NCBI RefSeq assembly: GCF_001949145.1
Contig: NW_019091360.1
Span: 1,547,599 to 1,611,598 of the forward strand
Reading direction: 5' to 3'
Length of the DNA: 64,000 bases
From: Acanthaster planci
Lineage: Eukaryota
This document shows positions 27,401-39,400 of this stretch, piece after piece. The translations under genes and the position numbers were made by a program. Below the pieces are notes generated by a model. The model saw only the letters and a program-made list of their open reading frames with translations. It was not told where the DNA came from and made no database searches. The stretch's first letter is position 1. Each line of letters begins with the position of its first letter.

Positions 27401-30400
27401 ATTTGTAATGTTGAGTTGCATGTCCAGCAGAATTAAGCATAAATAGTGATGTAAAAGCTATCACGTACTTATAAGAAAACTAACATGTACATAGCTGAAA
27501 AGTATTTTTATGCGTGTGGTGGTAATGCCTTTGTTACTGTGATGTCACACCAGAAAGACAGTGTTCCTTGGGGGATTTTCTGTTCTAACTGTGAATTGCA
27601 AAATGTGCTTATTGAAAGTAATTGAGAGGGAACTTTTGGTTGCTTGTCTACTGTCGTGAATTGAAATAGTAAATCACTGACGTACGTGAAGCACATTTAC
27701 AGGTTACATTGCCATGGGCCTTTTACTGTTGGTTGACTGCGTACATAGATTACAATTTCCTTATTTTTCTTTGCCCGCTCATCTTTAACGTTATTCAGAT
27801 AACGCATTCGAGGAAGGCGACACCTGTGTCCATTCGTGCTCCCCGGGAGCCACAACAAGCAATGTACCAGGAGAAAACAAATGTGTGAAATGTGATGGCC
27901 CATGTCCAAAAGGTTTGTGCATGCACAATCCGATCCAAAAAGCTTTCCTGTAAGTTTGGGATTTCAAGAATGTTAGTGAATATATGTTCATATGAAAATG
28001 GACTAGATGTTCTGTTGCAGGCCCTTCAAGCCACTGATTTTCTGAGGAGCGTCTGAGAATTCCAGATTTTTCGTCTTGTGATACTGGTTGATACAGAGGG
28101 AATAAATCTGTAATGAAGCATTGAAACGTCTACATTTTAAGACTGGATTGGGGTCTGGGAAAAGAAATGGACTGAGCTGAAAGCAAGGCCATGTGACATG
28201 ACTTATCATGTGCATGCATGCACCATGTACATACACCATGTACATGCACACGCACTAGTGCAATGCGTATATATAGTTTTATGTGTCCAGATGTACGTGT
28301 AGGAAGCCCAAAACGTGAACCGGGTCGCTCGATGGCGTTCGATCACAATCCAGAGATAGGACCCCAGCCAATGAGTGTGACCGTTACACTAAGAAAGTTT
28401 CCAAAACCGGTTGATAGATTTGTCATCTTTTAAAACTATCAGGTGATGGATTGTCAACCAGTAGGAATAGGTAATCTATGGTTGCCGTTTTACATTGAGT
28501 TCTTGCCTGTGTGTGCATAGCAATGGTCATGATTAAAGCCGTACAGGGGTTGGGGGGGTGCACATTTCCCCCTTTTTTCACCAAAATAAATTAACAAATG
28601 AATAAAAAGAGAAGAAAAAGAGGGAGGGGGGAGAAAAAAGGAGGGAGGGACCGAGCCCCATAAACATGACAAAGGCATAAAAGAAACAATAGTTCTGCTT
28701 CCGGTTACCCAACCTCCCGGCTAATTTTACAGTCGTGACCCTAAATTTTTTAGTTTACGCCCTTATTTGGAAAAGTCCTGGAACCACCTGTTATTTGTGG
28801 CTAAGTTGGAACTTTCTAGTGTTGTAGAAGGCATGTGGGTACAGAACACAATTACTAGCAATGAGACACCATCTTCTTTTCCTTTTGGAAGTCTAGCTGC
28901 ACATGTGTGGAGACTTTGATTCACACACCTGTTTGCAAAAGATAATCTGCAAACAAGTCCCACCCCGGCAGTCTTTCCACCAAATCACAGCTGCATTCGT
29001 GGACGTATGCTGTGTGCGGCTGCATCACACGCTTGCAGAGAAGCACAAGTTAAATGCCCGAGTGTTCGCAGTGGGTGGGGTGAACTGGACCGGTTTAGTG
29101 CCATGTTGTGTATATAGCCCCGACACAGTTGCAGTGGGAAACTCACATTGTGTTGGAGTTGAAATACACTTGTTTCTAGCGAATTTCTGTTGGAATTTCA
29201 TATCTTCACAGTGTGTGATGGTACAGAGGAGATCCTCTACAGGGAACACTTTGACAACGGATTATTGTCCAATTGCACAGTCATCAGACGCAACATCTTC
29301 ATTGGCACATCTTCATTTGATGGGTGATTTCTGCCATCTGCAGTTTCTTTCTCTTGTCTCATGGCAATACGACTTGAAAATGATCACCTTGCATCTCATT
29401 CTGTGATGGTTTTAAAAACCCCTCCGTAAAAGTACAGTATCAGAAACACCTGCCTTTGAACATTGTCATATTCTGCATCAAAGTTTCCAAAGAATCCTCT
29501 TGACATAAAAAGAGTTACCAATTAAAATGGCTTTTCACAATCAGAAAATGTATAATTTGAAAATTTGCGGGTTATCGGGGGAGGGGTCCAATTTAAGAGG
29601 CAAAAAAAGACAGAAAAGGGGGGAAAAGGAACAGATATATAGGAAGACAAAGGATGAAAATCTTTTGCTTGAAATTATCATGGAATTGACCTGCTATTGC
29701 TTAGGGTTTATCAGTTTGCTGCCGATGAGTATGTTGCCCCACTGCAGGATGGGGCATTGGTGCTCCAGTGTTGGTCAAATCCTAAGAATGACACCTTACA
29801 TTTTCGGCAGGGATGTATTTTTGGGGAAGCAAGGCATTACCGTTGAGTTGCTTGAGCAACTGAGCACGGTGCAGGAGGTCGGGGGCCATGTGACCATTCA
29901 GGGGTCCCACGAACAATTCACCAACCTCACCTTCCTGCGGAACCTCAAGAAGATCTACGGTCAACAGTTGTATAGGTAAGTATGCTTGCAGTTAGTGGAA
30001 GCACAGAGGAGACAAAAGTTGGCTTTGTAGTGTTGCCATCAGAGTTCCTTTAACTTTGAAGTCCATCACAAGTCAGATTGCAAGTGGAGTCGTTTTTCTA
30101 TGTCAACGTTGAGAAAAACACAGCATCGCCGAACAGCCCTAGTGACACGCACTCACATGGAAGCACTTTGTCAGGACTGATGCAGAAAGATGCAGATAGT
30201 CAGCAAGGTTGAATTTCTTCCACCTCGCTGACCGTCTGTGTTGAGTAGTCACAGTAGGCCCACAGAAACACGTGCGTTGGGTTGACAGGCACACAATGAT
30301 GTTCCTCCAATGTGAGTGCCACGTTTGGCTCATTTTTCCTACAACCAAAGAAGTGAAACCCCATTATCAACATAATAGCTGACTGAATTTAATGCATCAA

Positions 30401-33400
30401 AGTGCCAAGTTTACCACCTTCAAGAAAAGGTATAATTACCTTGTAAACAGTTCATAGGACAATTTTTCTGAGTGTTGGACACCATGTTTTTGGTCCAATA
30501 ACTCACACATCATCTCTTTCATGACTATCCACATCTTGACACCTTGTGGAGAAAGGGGCAAAATGTGACGATTAAGCTGAAAGGCCCAGTGAATCTATGA
30601 ATCTGAAAGGAAAAGCAATTACTGCTCTTAATAACCTCCTGCAAACCTTTCCAACATCGATGGACCAAACAACTCTCCCCGTTTGTTAATACAGTGACTC
30701 GGTTGAGTCACTGGGGCTCACATTTCACTCCAGCATGTATCAACTCTTACAAAAATGTGCTGTGCTGATGAGGGTGCGTGGGACGGCATTATTAAACAGC
30801 CAAACCATCAAAACGCTGGAGCGCAAAAAGTACCTCTTTCCCCACCTCCCTTCTGGCAAGCATTCTGGCATGGAATCTGGCCACTAGTTGGACCTCTATG
30901 TGGGATTGGTCAGTTGCGATTCCTATCCACCCCAAGCTGAAGTGCACCCCCAGTTGGCGAAAGAAAGACGGGTAGTTACAATCGGGTTCTTGTATGAGTT
31001 CTGTGTGTACGCAAAGACCATACATGCCAGAATAAATTAGTTACGCGTACTTGGCATGCTTCGCGTTAAATGGATGTATACTTGCGCGTCTCATGGCGCG
31101 CCTATGCAGTGTGCACCAAAAATCAAACCCTGTTTTGTTCCGCTCGGAGTGGATAGTATCTTGAGCTGTTCTGGTGACCAAGCTTAGATCCAGAATATTT
31201 CATAAAAAAGAGAGCGATCCAGTTCAAATGTGGAAATGTCGTTTACCCCCAATTTGAGATGTATCAAAACTGTTGTTTTTTGGTCAAAAACTGAGTGTTT
31301 GTGTCCCGTATTCCAAACAGTTTTGTGCTTATCCTGTGAGATGGTGGTCGCCAATCTGAACATGAAAAGGGAGAAGGGGCCAGAATCTCACTACACTAGT
31401 GGGACGGCAGGGGGTCCGAAGTTGAGTTTGGAAAGAAAACTACATGTTTAACGATGTAATATACCCAATATGATGTAATATACCCTCCAAGTCCTGTGTT
31501 TGTTTTTGTGGCACCATGAACATTTTTTTTTTCTTTATAGAAACAGCGCCCTGTACATCTTATCGTCCTCTGTGCAGTCGCTCAATCTCATCAGTTTGCA
31601 AAGGATCGAGTCGGGCGACGTGAATATCAAGTTAAATCCGCAGTTGTGCTATGCAGACGAGGCACTGTTTGAGAGGATAGGTCACAGGGACATGAGGGTG
31701 ACCGTATCTCATAACAGGGACTTAATTGACTGTGGTAATTATGGAGAACCAGCTTGCCTCCCCCTGCCCCCTCCCCACCCCTTCCTGACTTTTAGCTGTC
31801 AACTGTTTTGGTAGCCCAAAAAATAGCCGAGGTCTTGAAATTAGAAACCACTGTGTTATCGTGGGAATTCTTTAAAAAGTATTTTCATTACAGTATTGAG
31901 CTTGCATTATTTGCCACTCACTTGATTAGCTCTCCTACATTGCCTAACCTTAGTAAAAATTATTACCAAGCACTGAGAGTCCTGTTTATTAGTTGTTGCT
32001 AATATGTTATTTTTAAAGAAGAAAGGTTTGTGATTCAGAAACACGGCTGTTTTTTTAATTCGTGGCAGAAGGGCCTTGAAAGAGGCCAGACAAAAACAGA
32101 ATTGGACGAAAGCTGACATGGGTTATTTTTGATGCATTTCTTTTGTGGTGAATGCAGCGTTTCATGGGTTAGCAATAACTGAAGTCACAGATGAGACAGA
32201 AACAAAATTTAGCTTGATTGGTATATGTTGCAAGCTGTGTAATGCTGTGATTATGTATGTTAATTATATATGGCATCTCATTTTTCATCCGTGTTCCAAA
32301 GATATATCCAAATCAGAAAAATTGCTTTTCCAATTTTTCACAAAGTTTCACAAATGCAAGCTCATTTTACCAATTCGTCATCATATTGTATTCCTGTGCT
32401 GTCCTTTGTCTTCTGGCTTCTTGCGCCACTTTGACTAACAGCACTGTTGGGGTCCGATTTCTTTCCATAATAGTTGCAGAAGGTCACGTCTGTGACCCGC
32501 AGTGCACCCCCTTGGGCTGTTGGGGGCCAGGTCCCAAGCAGTGCGCCCGATGTCAAAATGCACAGATCGGTGACACCTGCGTAGCCAGTTGCGACTTTTT
32601 TTCACAGTAAGTCCAGTGCTCTTTTAATTCTTTCACTGTTGGATATAAGAAAGATCTTCATTTCCATTCATATTAACTGTGACAGGATGTGCAGGTCCAT
32701 TTGCAACAGAATTCATCCTGCCTATTACAAGTTATTCTGCAGCCGATTTTACAAAATGTGGCACAACTTCGAACCATGCGTAAGCCTTGCCTCAAAAATT
32801 TATGCCCTAGCTGCTCACAATGCTTGTGTTCAATTTCACAAAAAGTTGCGTCGCTGCGCACGTTTTAATAAAATTAAATTTCTTAGACGAGGACAAAATC
32901 GGTTTTTACGATGGCAGTTTCTTTCCAATACAACGACAGTCATCAAACAGTCATTGAATCATCTCTACCCACCATATTGATATAGTTGTCGTCTTTTCTT
33001 CGTCAGAACTGCACAGAAAAGCCTTATTAAGTTCAGCAATGATGAGGCTTAATTGAACACGATAAGTTATGCAAATCATTTATTTTCACTTCGTTTTGCG
33101 CAACTTACACCACCTAAAGTGACTGCGTAAGTTATGTCACAATTTGTTGCATTAGTTACACTAATTTCGTTACACGGACTTACACAGTGAATAAGTTTTG
33201 TGAAATAGGTCTTACGTTGTTACACAACTTACACAATAAAATGTAATGTAAGTGGAGTGAGATGGGCTGTTGGTTGAAATTGCCCAAAATACTTCCACTT
33301 GTGAACTTATCTTTTTTGGAAACCTTCATTAGGGGTTGAGCCGGGAAATTTAGAAAAAAAAAAAGCCACTTCCCTTTTTGTGTAGTGCCCAAGACAGTGT

Positions 33401-36400
33401 GTCTCACCAACTGATTATAGGCTGAACCAAATTATAGGATCCAAGAAATGAATTTTTCTTAGAATCACTTTCCGTGTATCTCTGTACTCTTCTCCCATGT
33501 ATGAAGACTTGTTGACATCTTTTTTGAGTTACGTGAACTGAACGGTGCAATTTTCCAAACATTAAAAATTGACCTAGCATTTCTGGACAAGTGAGGGTGC
33601 TTTTGCTTTGATGTAAATCCAGGAAGACATGGTTCAGGCTGCATGTTTTCATGTTCAAATTGTGAACCCCAAATTTGCGATCTGTGAACATCTCTGTGAA
33701 AAGGATTTTTGCTGGATTATTTGATTAACCCCAACTCTACTCAAAAACAACTCTGTCCTCAGGTATGCAGCGTCGGAAGGCACAGACCACACCCCAACCA
33801 TCTGTGCTCATTGTGACCCAGAATGCAAGGGCGGGTGTGGAGGACCAGTAAGTTCTTTTTGGGGGTCATATCACTGCTGCCAAAATGGGATAGAATGTGA
33901 CCAGGGCTTTATCGGGCAAAAACCAACAAGTGTTTGAACTCATTTCGCCCTACTTGATACAATTTCAAATCGAACAAACTCATGCTGACTTTTTTTTTCC
34001 ATCAAAGATTTCCATTCAGCCAGTGTCTCGTCCTGATCTGGGATGCCAGAAAAGTCTTTAATTTGTCATGATTTTTTTATTTTGGAGGTTATTGGGGTTA
34101 TTGTTGTGGTTTGTTGGTATCTAATTTTGATACTATTTGTGTAACCTTCATATTGTACTTGAAGTATTAGTCAATCTGTGTGTTGCAGGCAACAACACAA
34201 TTTCTCTTTCATGGACCTAAAACTGAAATGATATTAAAAATATTTGAATCACTGAATTGAAATTAAATTACCTGATACCCAAAAAACATATGCAGATACA
34301 CGACCCTTTTATCCTGTGTCAGTTTTATCACATGAAACCGTCAGTGTTGTCGCTGACATCTGTGACCATCAGAAGTCTCCACCAGACTATCGTCACAAGA
34401 GCAACACAAGACCTTGGGTCTGGATCTAACTTACAAGCTGTAGGGCTGAATATTTAATTGATTATCAAACTTCGCATATTTTCAATTTTCCGAATTGGAA
34501 GAGTTGAATGCAAAGTTCATAAAAAAGGAAAGGAGAATATTTTCTTTTGTTTTAAATGTGAAAAGTTGCACTATGGAGGCTTTGTTTGAAGTAGATTCAA
34601 ATAAACAAATAAAAAGTGACACAAATCTTACAACATTTCAAAAAGTAAATTATTCCTTAAAAAATCTAAAAGGACTAGAAATTTTGAACATGGCAAGAAG
34701 TATTGTCCGTCTCTTTAAGTTTTGCTAAATCCTGGCTGGAGATACCCCTACTCGTGAGAAGATATTATAGTGATCATAATGTACAATTGTGTGGGTTACT
34801 GCAACTGATTTTGTATATGGTTTGTTTATCAATAATCTGCTGTTTAGTGTGACCGAATATGCGGATATGCGATTGAATTGAAGGTCAAATATTCAAATAG
34901 TGAATTATTCGAATTGATTCAGCCCTTTCAAGCTGATAGAGTGAATTGCAACAAGATCATTCCTTTGTCATCATTGGCCAGTCTGATACTGTGGACTGAT
35001 CTTGTGACTGGTCTCCTTGTGAGTGGCCTCGTGGCCTCATGTCCGGTCTTGTGAACGGTGTTACGTCTGGTCTGGTGAAACGTCTCTTGTCTGGTTTTGT
35101 GATAACATTGACTTGTGAATGTTTTTGTGAATAGTCTTTTGCCCAGTCTTGTGACCGGTCTCGTGAGTGGACTTGTGTCTGGTCTTTTGACTGGACTTCT
35201 GTCTTGATGAACTGTGACTGATCCTGTCACTAGTCTTTTGTCTGGTCTTGTGAATGGACTTCTATCTTGTCTTGTGACTGGTCTTGTGTTCTTGTGACTG
35301 GTCTCATGACTGGATTTCTGTCTTGTGACTGGTCATGTGACTGGTCTTCTGTCTGGTCTTGTGAACGGACTTCTGTCTTGTCTTGTGAACAGACTTCTGT
35401 CTTGTCTTGTGTCTGGTTGCATGGTCTTGGCCACAACACTGAAAACGTTTTTGAAAGGGAACCACACATTTTTAACAGAACAACCACAGATGCAAATAGA
35501 ACATAAATGTGATACTCTGCTCACACTGCATTGACTGCTTGTCTGTTTGGCCATCCAATCAGGGCCCCCGAAACTGCACCGAGTGCCTGCACGTGAAAGA
35601 CGGTCCCTTCTGTCGGAAAGAGTGCCCCATCTCCAAGTACCCTGATGAGGACGGGGTCTGCCAACCCTGCCACCGCAACTGCGTGATGGAAAAAGGGTAA
35701 GTGTTGCACGACCTCCAGGGTATCACTGGTCCTACTTACTGAGAGAAAAGGTCCGTGGAGGTGATGTTATACAAAGAATGAGTGTTTTACATTCTTGCAA
35801 TGGTAAGTATAAGTCCGAAGCGCCACCCCACTGGCAATATCAGACCGGTTTCTGTCCCTAACATTATTTTCTCTTGCTTACTGGGAATGAGATAGAAATG
35901 GGGCAGGAATCAGTCAAGTGAATGAAATGAAGTTCTTTTCAATAGGTAACCTCGATGACATGTGATCAGTGATCCACCAATCAGATGACAGGGGATTTAT
36001 GCAGGTATTGTATAATATAATATTGGCTGTGAAGTCAGTGTCGTCAGGTGCTTTTTTGAGTGCCAAGTTAGCTAAATGTTGAACTGGTTATTAGATGTGA
36101 CAGAGGCGAAGAGTATGGACATTGGATGGTAGATGGACAAAGGTAGGATTACAACATGACTTGATGACTGTTTTAGACCATCGTGGTTTTTGTTTCAATG
36201 AGAAAAGTACTCATTGGGAACTGTTGACACCGCTGTGGTTGTCTGAAGTCACCAATTTCTTTTGTAATCTTAGCTTTGCCGTTTGCTGTCCAGTGTCCAT
36301 GTCCTTCAGTTTTGTAAACACCTAACCAGTTCAGTGTTTGGCTGTATAATTGGTAGACAAAAAGTACCCCCAAAACTGGAACTACAACATGGAGTGAAGC

Positions 36401-39400
36401 ACAGCAGAGGCCAGCAGTGAGTGATAACTCATCACGCGATCAAGGTTTGTGGCCCTATTTTGGGCCTAACATATTTTTTGCACCTTGCTTTTTTTTTTTT
36501 GCTAAAAACAGTGTTATCGGTCCTTGGGATTTTTATAGACAGTGAACAGACAAGACAACTTTTTATTGGTATTGTAAAATCATTGCTGTCAGTTCCAAGG
36601 CTTTAATTTCATCGGCATTTTCTGACTTTCGGTGAGCATTCTTCTCTGTCTTTATAAAATTGTGCAGTTGCACTGGACCGGGTAACGCACTGGGACAAGG
36701 GGGCTGTGTTGCTTGTCATCAGGCACTGATCGATCAAAATGGCGTTACAGTGGTAAGCCGAGACTGGTAGAAGTTTGGTGTCAGAAGACATAGAAGGAAA
36801 GAGGACTTTTTTCTTAAGTTATGTGGCATAACTTCAGAGATTTTGTAGAAATTCTCCAAAGCTGTGCTGAGTAACTTTTCTGAAGTTATGTAGGGTACTG
36901 AAGCATTTTGCTTATTGTAATAATATCAATTATCTGGTTTGGAAATGAGTTTTAAAATGATTTTGTGGGAAATGTCCTTTGAAAACTGGGATTGGATGCA
37001 GGATCTGTGGTTTTCCCAAACTTAATTACTGTCGACTCTCGATAATATGAGCTCAGGTGAGACGAGACTCCGGTTAAGACGAGTATATTTGCCGGTCACG
37101 ACTGAATTATGCACATTCCTATGAGGACAAAAATTCATAAAACGAGCTCGCGTGTTACGAGATTCCGTTCAAGACGAGCATTTTGGGGGCCACACCTGCT
37201 TGCAACATGATGTACGCTTAACGATGCGGTCAATCGGTTACACATGCGACAAGCTGAACCCAGGACTTCCTGCTTACTACTGCAAATGTCTTAACCTCGT
37301 TGACCACCGAGTATGCCGGGTTTGAATGGTTGGCTCAAATCTAGTGCCGTAGTGGGGACCACTAAAGGGCAAAGCCTGGTGTAAAAGTGCCAGAATTTAT
37401 ATCCGTTGATTAATTTTTTGACCTAGCTGGAGTGCATGCCAAACGGTGCACCATGTAGCAATGATTCCTTCTCCTTCCGCGTCGGGGAATCCAACATTTT
37501 GCGACTCCTTGGCTATTCTGTGAGTATGGATTAACAGACCATCTTCTTCCTACAAAAGGCTTATAATGCTGTTGAATAGAGTGTGGAGAGTCAAAGGTCA
37601 ATGGAGAGTGTGGGCTCCCCCCCTCCCCCGTAACACAGAAAAAGCATGTTTCAATTCATTTCAATTTTACAATTCAATTATGGCCTGGGGAAAAACACTT
37701 AAACAACATTTTCATAAAAAATCATTCTGAAAATAGTGCAAACTTATCGTAATATATCACATACAGGCAGATAGTGCAGAAAGTAGGAAACAGGAACGAT
37801 TCAACAAAGGTGGGCAGCGTAGACCAAAATAGATAATTACACACAGTAAAATCACACTTTGACACCTGGCCACAATGTCCGGGGGGGTGTCGGCTGTGTC
37901 ATGTGGTCATGGACTAGGTTTTTTTTTATGTATGACATGAGTAATGCTCATCCGAAAGGACGCAACGATGCTGAGCCAAGAAAAAGGCACTTTTTGGTGG
38001 AGTCCAAAAAACTTTCCAAGCGTGAACTGTACAGATTGACGTCTTTGTCCATGAAGAGACATTCTTTCGGCAGAGCTCGGGCTCAAAAAAAGCATACCTG
38101 ACACCATTTAGGTACACAGGATTTGATTGAATAGTTATTGCCAAAAGTGGATGCCAGACATGCCACATAATGAATTGGCTTTGCATACAAGATCAAATAC
38201 CAAGTCAAGTCAAACGAGATGGGATGGGAAACTTTAGACAGCTGTGTTGGTGAAATTTGAGCAAGGGTGTTTTGTTGAGACCAGCCCACCACTCAAGTGA
38301 AATTAACGACTGAAATTACTGTTTAAGTGGTCAAAAACACCACCGCTGATGTATGGTACTGACTGGATAGCACATGGAGATCAAGGGTCGGATTCCACAA
38401 GGTGCCACCTTCTCAGACCCAAATTTGAGTGTGCCTACTCAACTCTCACCAGGAGACTGTAGTGGCCTGTTGTGTCTGACTCTTCAAAGGCTGTTCGTTT
38501 GCACTCCGTTTATTTGTATTTACACCGTTGGAGGTATTCAAATAAACATTTTTACATCCGTAACTTGCGAACTGTTTAGCTGTCATTCATTACTATTTGA
38601 CAACTTGGAAAATTAAAACTGGTATTGCGTGCTCTGCTGCAAGGAATGCAGTGGCAGCCAACTCTTGAGCCATATTTGTGATAGGATGAATGCCATCCAG
38701 TCAGTATATATTGAGCAGTGCATGAACCCCATGCATTTGTCCCAATTCAACGTGCGCCCTCTCTGTAAAAGGAGAGATGGCTAACTGTGAAGGTTTTAAA
38801 CCAGGCTTGTGCATGTGCCCAGTGCAGACCGTACAGTCATAACAGAAACTGGTTTGCCCGAGCCAAACACACTCAAACCTGTCCGTGCATGCACGAGAAA
38901 GTGCCCACTAAATACGACTGTCATTGCTACGTAAAAACATGCCCTCTCATTCCCCACTGGGAATGGATTGCCAGGAGCTGATGCGTTATTCTACTTTCCT
39001 TCAGGATGGACAGCTCTGTCAGATGTGCGACCACAACTGCCTGGGTTGCTATGGGGCAGGCCCCTCCAGCTGCCGGATATGCAAGAAGTACAAACGGGAG
39101 CAGGAGTGCGCGGACGAGTGCTTCGCCCATCAGTTCCCCAACCTGGACAACATTTGTCAGAACTGCCACCGCGAGTGTCGCACCTGCTCCGGGGGGAGTT
39201 CCCCCTATGACTGCATCCGCTGTCGGCACTTTGAGGTGCTGGAAAGTGAGAATGTAGGTGCTGTCTCTCATTGTGTGAATTAGGATTGATGGAGTGGTTT
39301 AGTGTACTTCTTTTAACCTGCTCAATCACTTTTATTTCCACTCATAAATTCCTTCTTCTTGGGAAAGTCAAATCAAAGTCAAAAATTGATATTTTCCAGT

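Noticed and set aside
28903..29406. 167-aa ORF
   Set aside because: Overlaps true exon 9 in a different frame; no homology of its own.
34928..35554. Repetitive ORFs (QDQTEDQSHD; TRPVTR) and resemblance to a spaced repeat array
   Set aside because: Translation of a degenerate minisatellite; no constant repeat with unique spacers, so not CRISPR-like.
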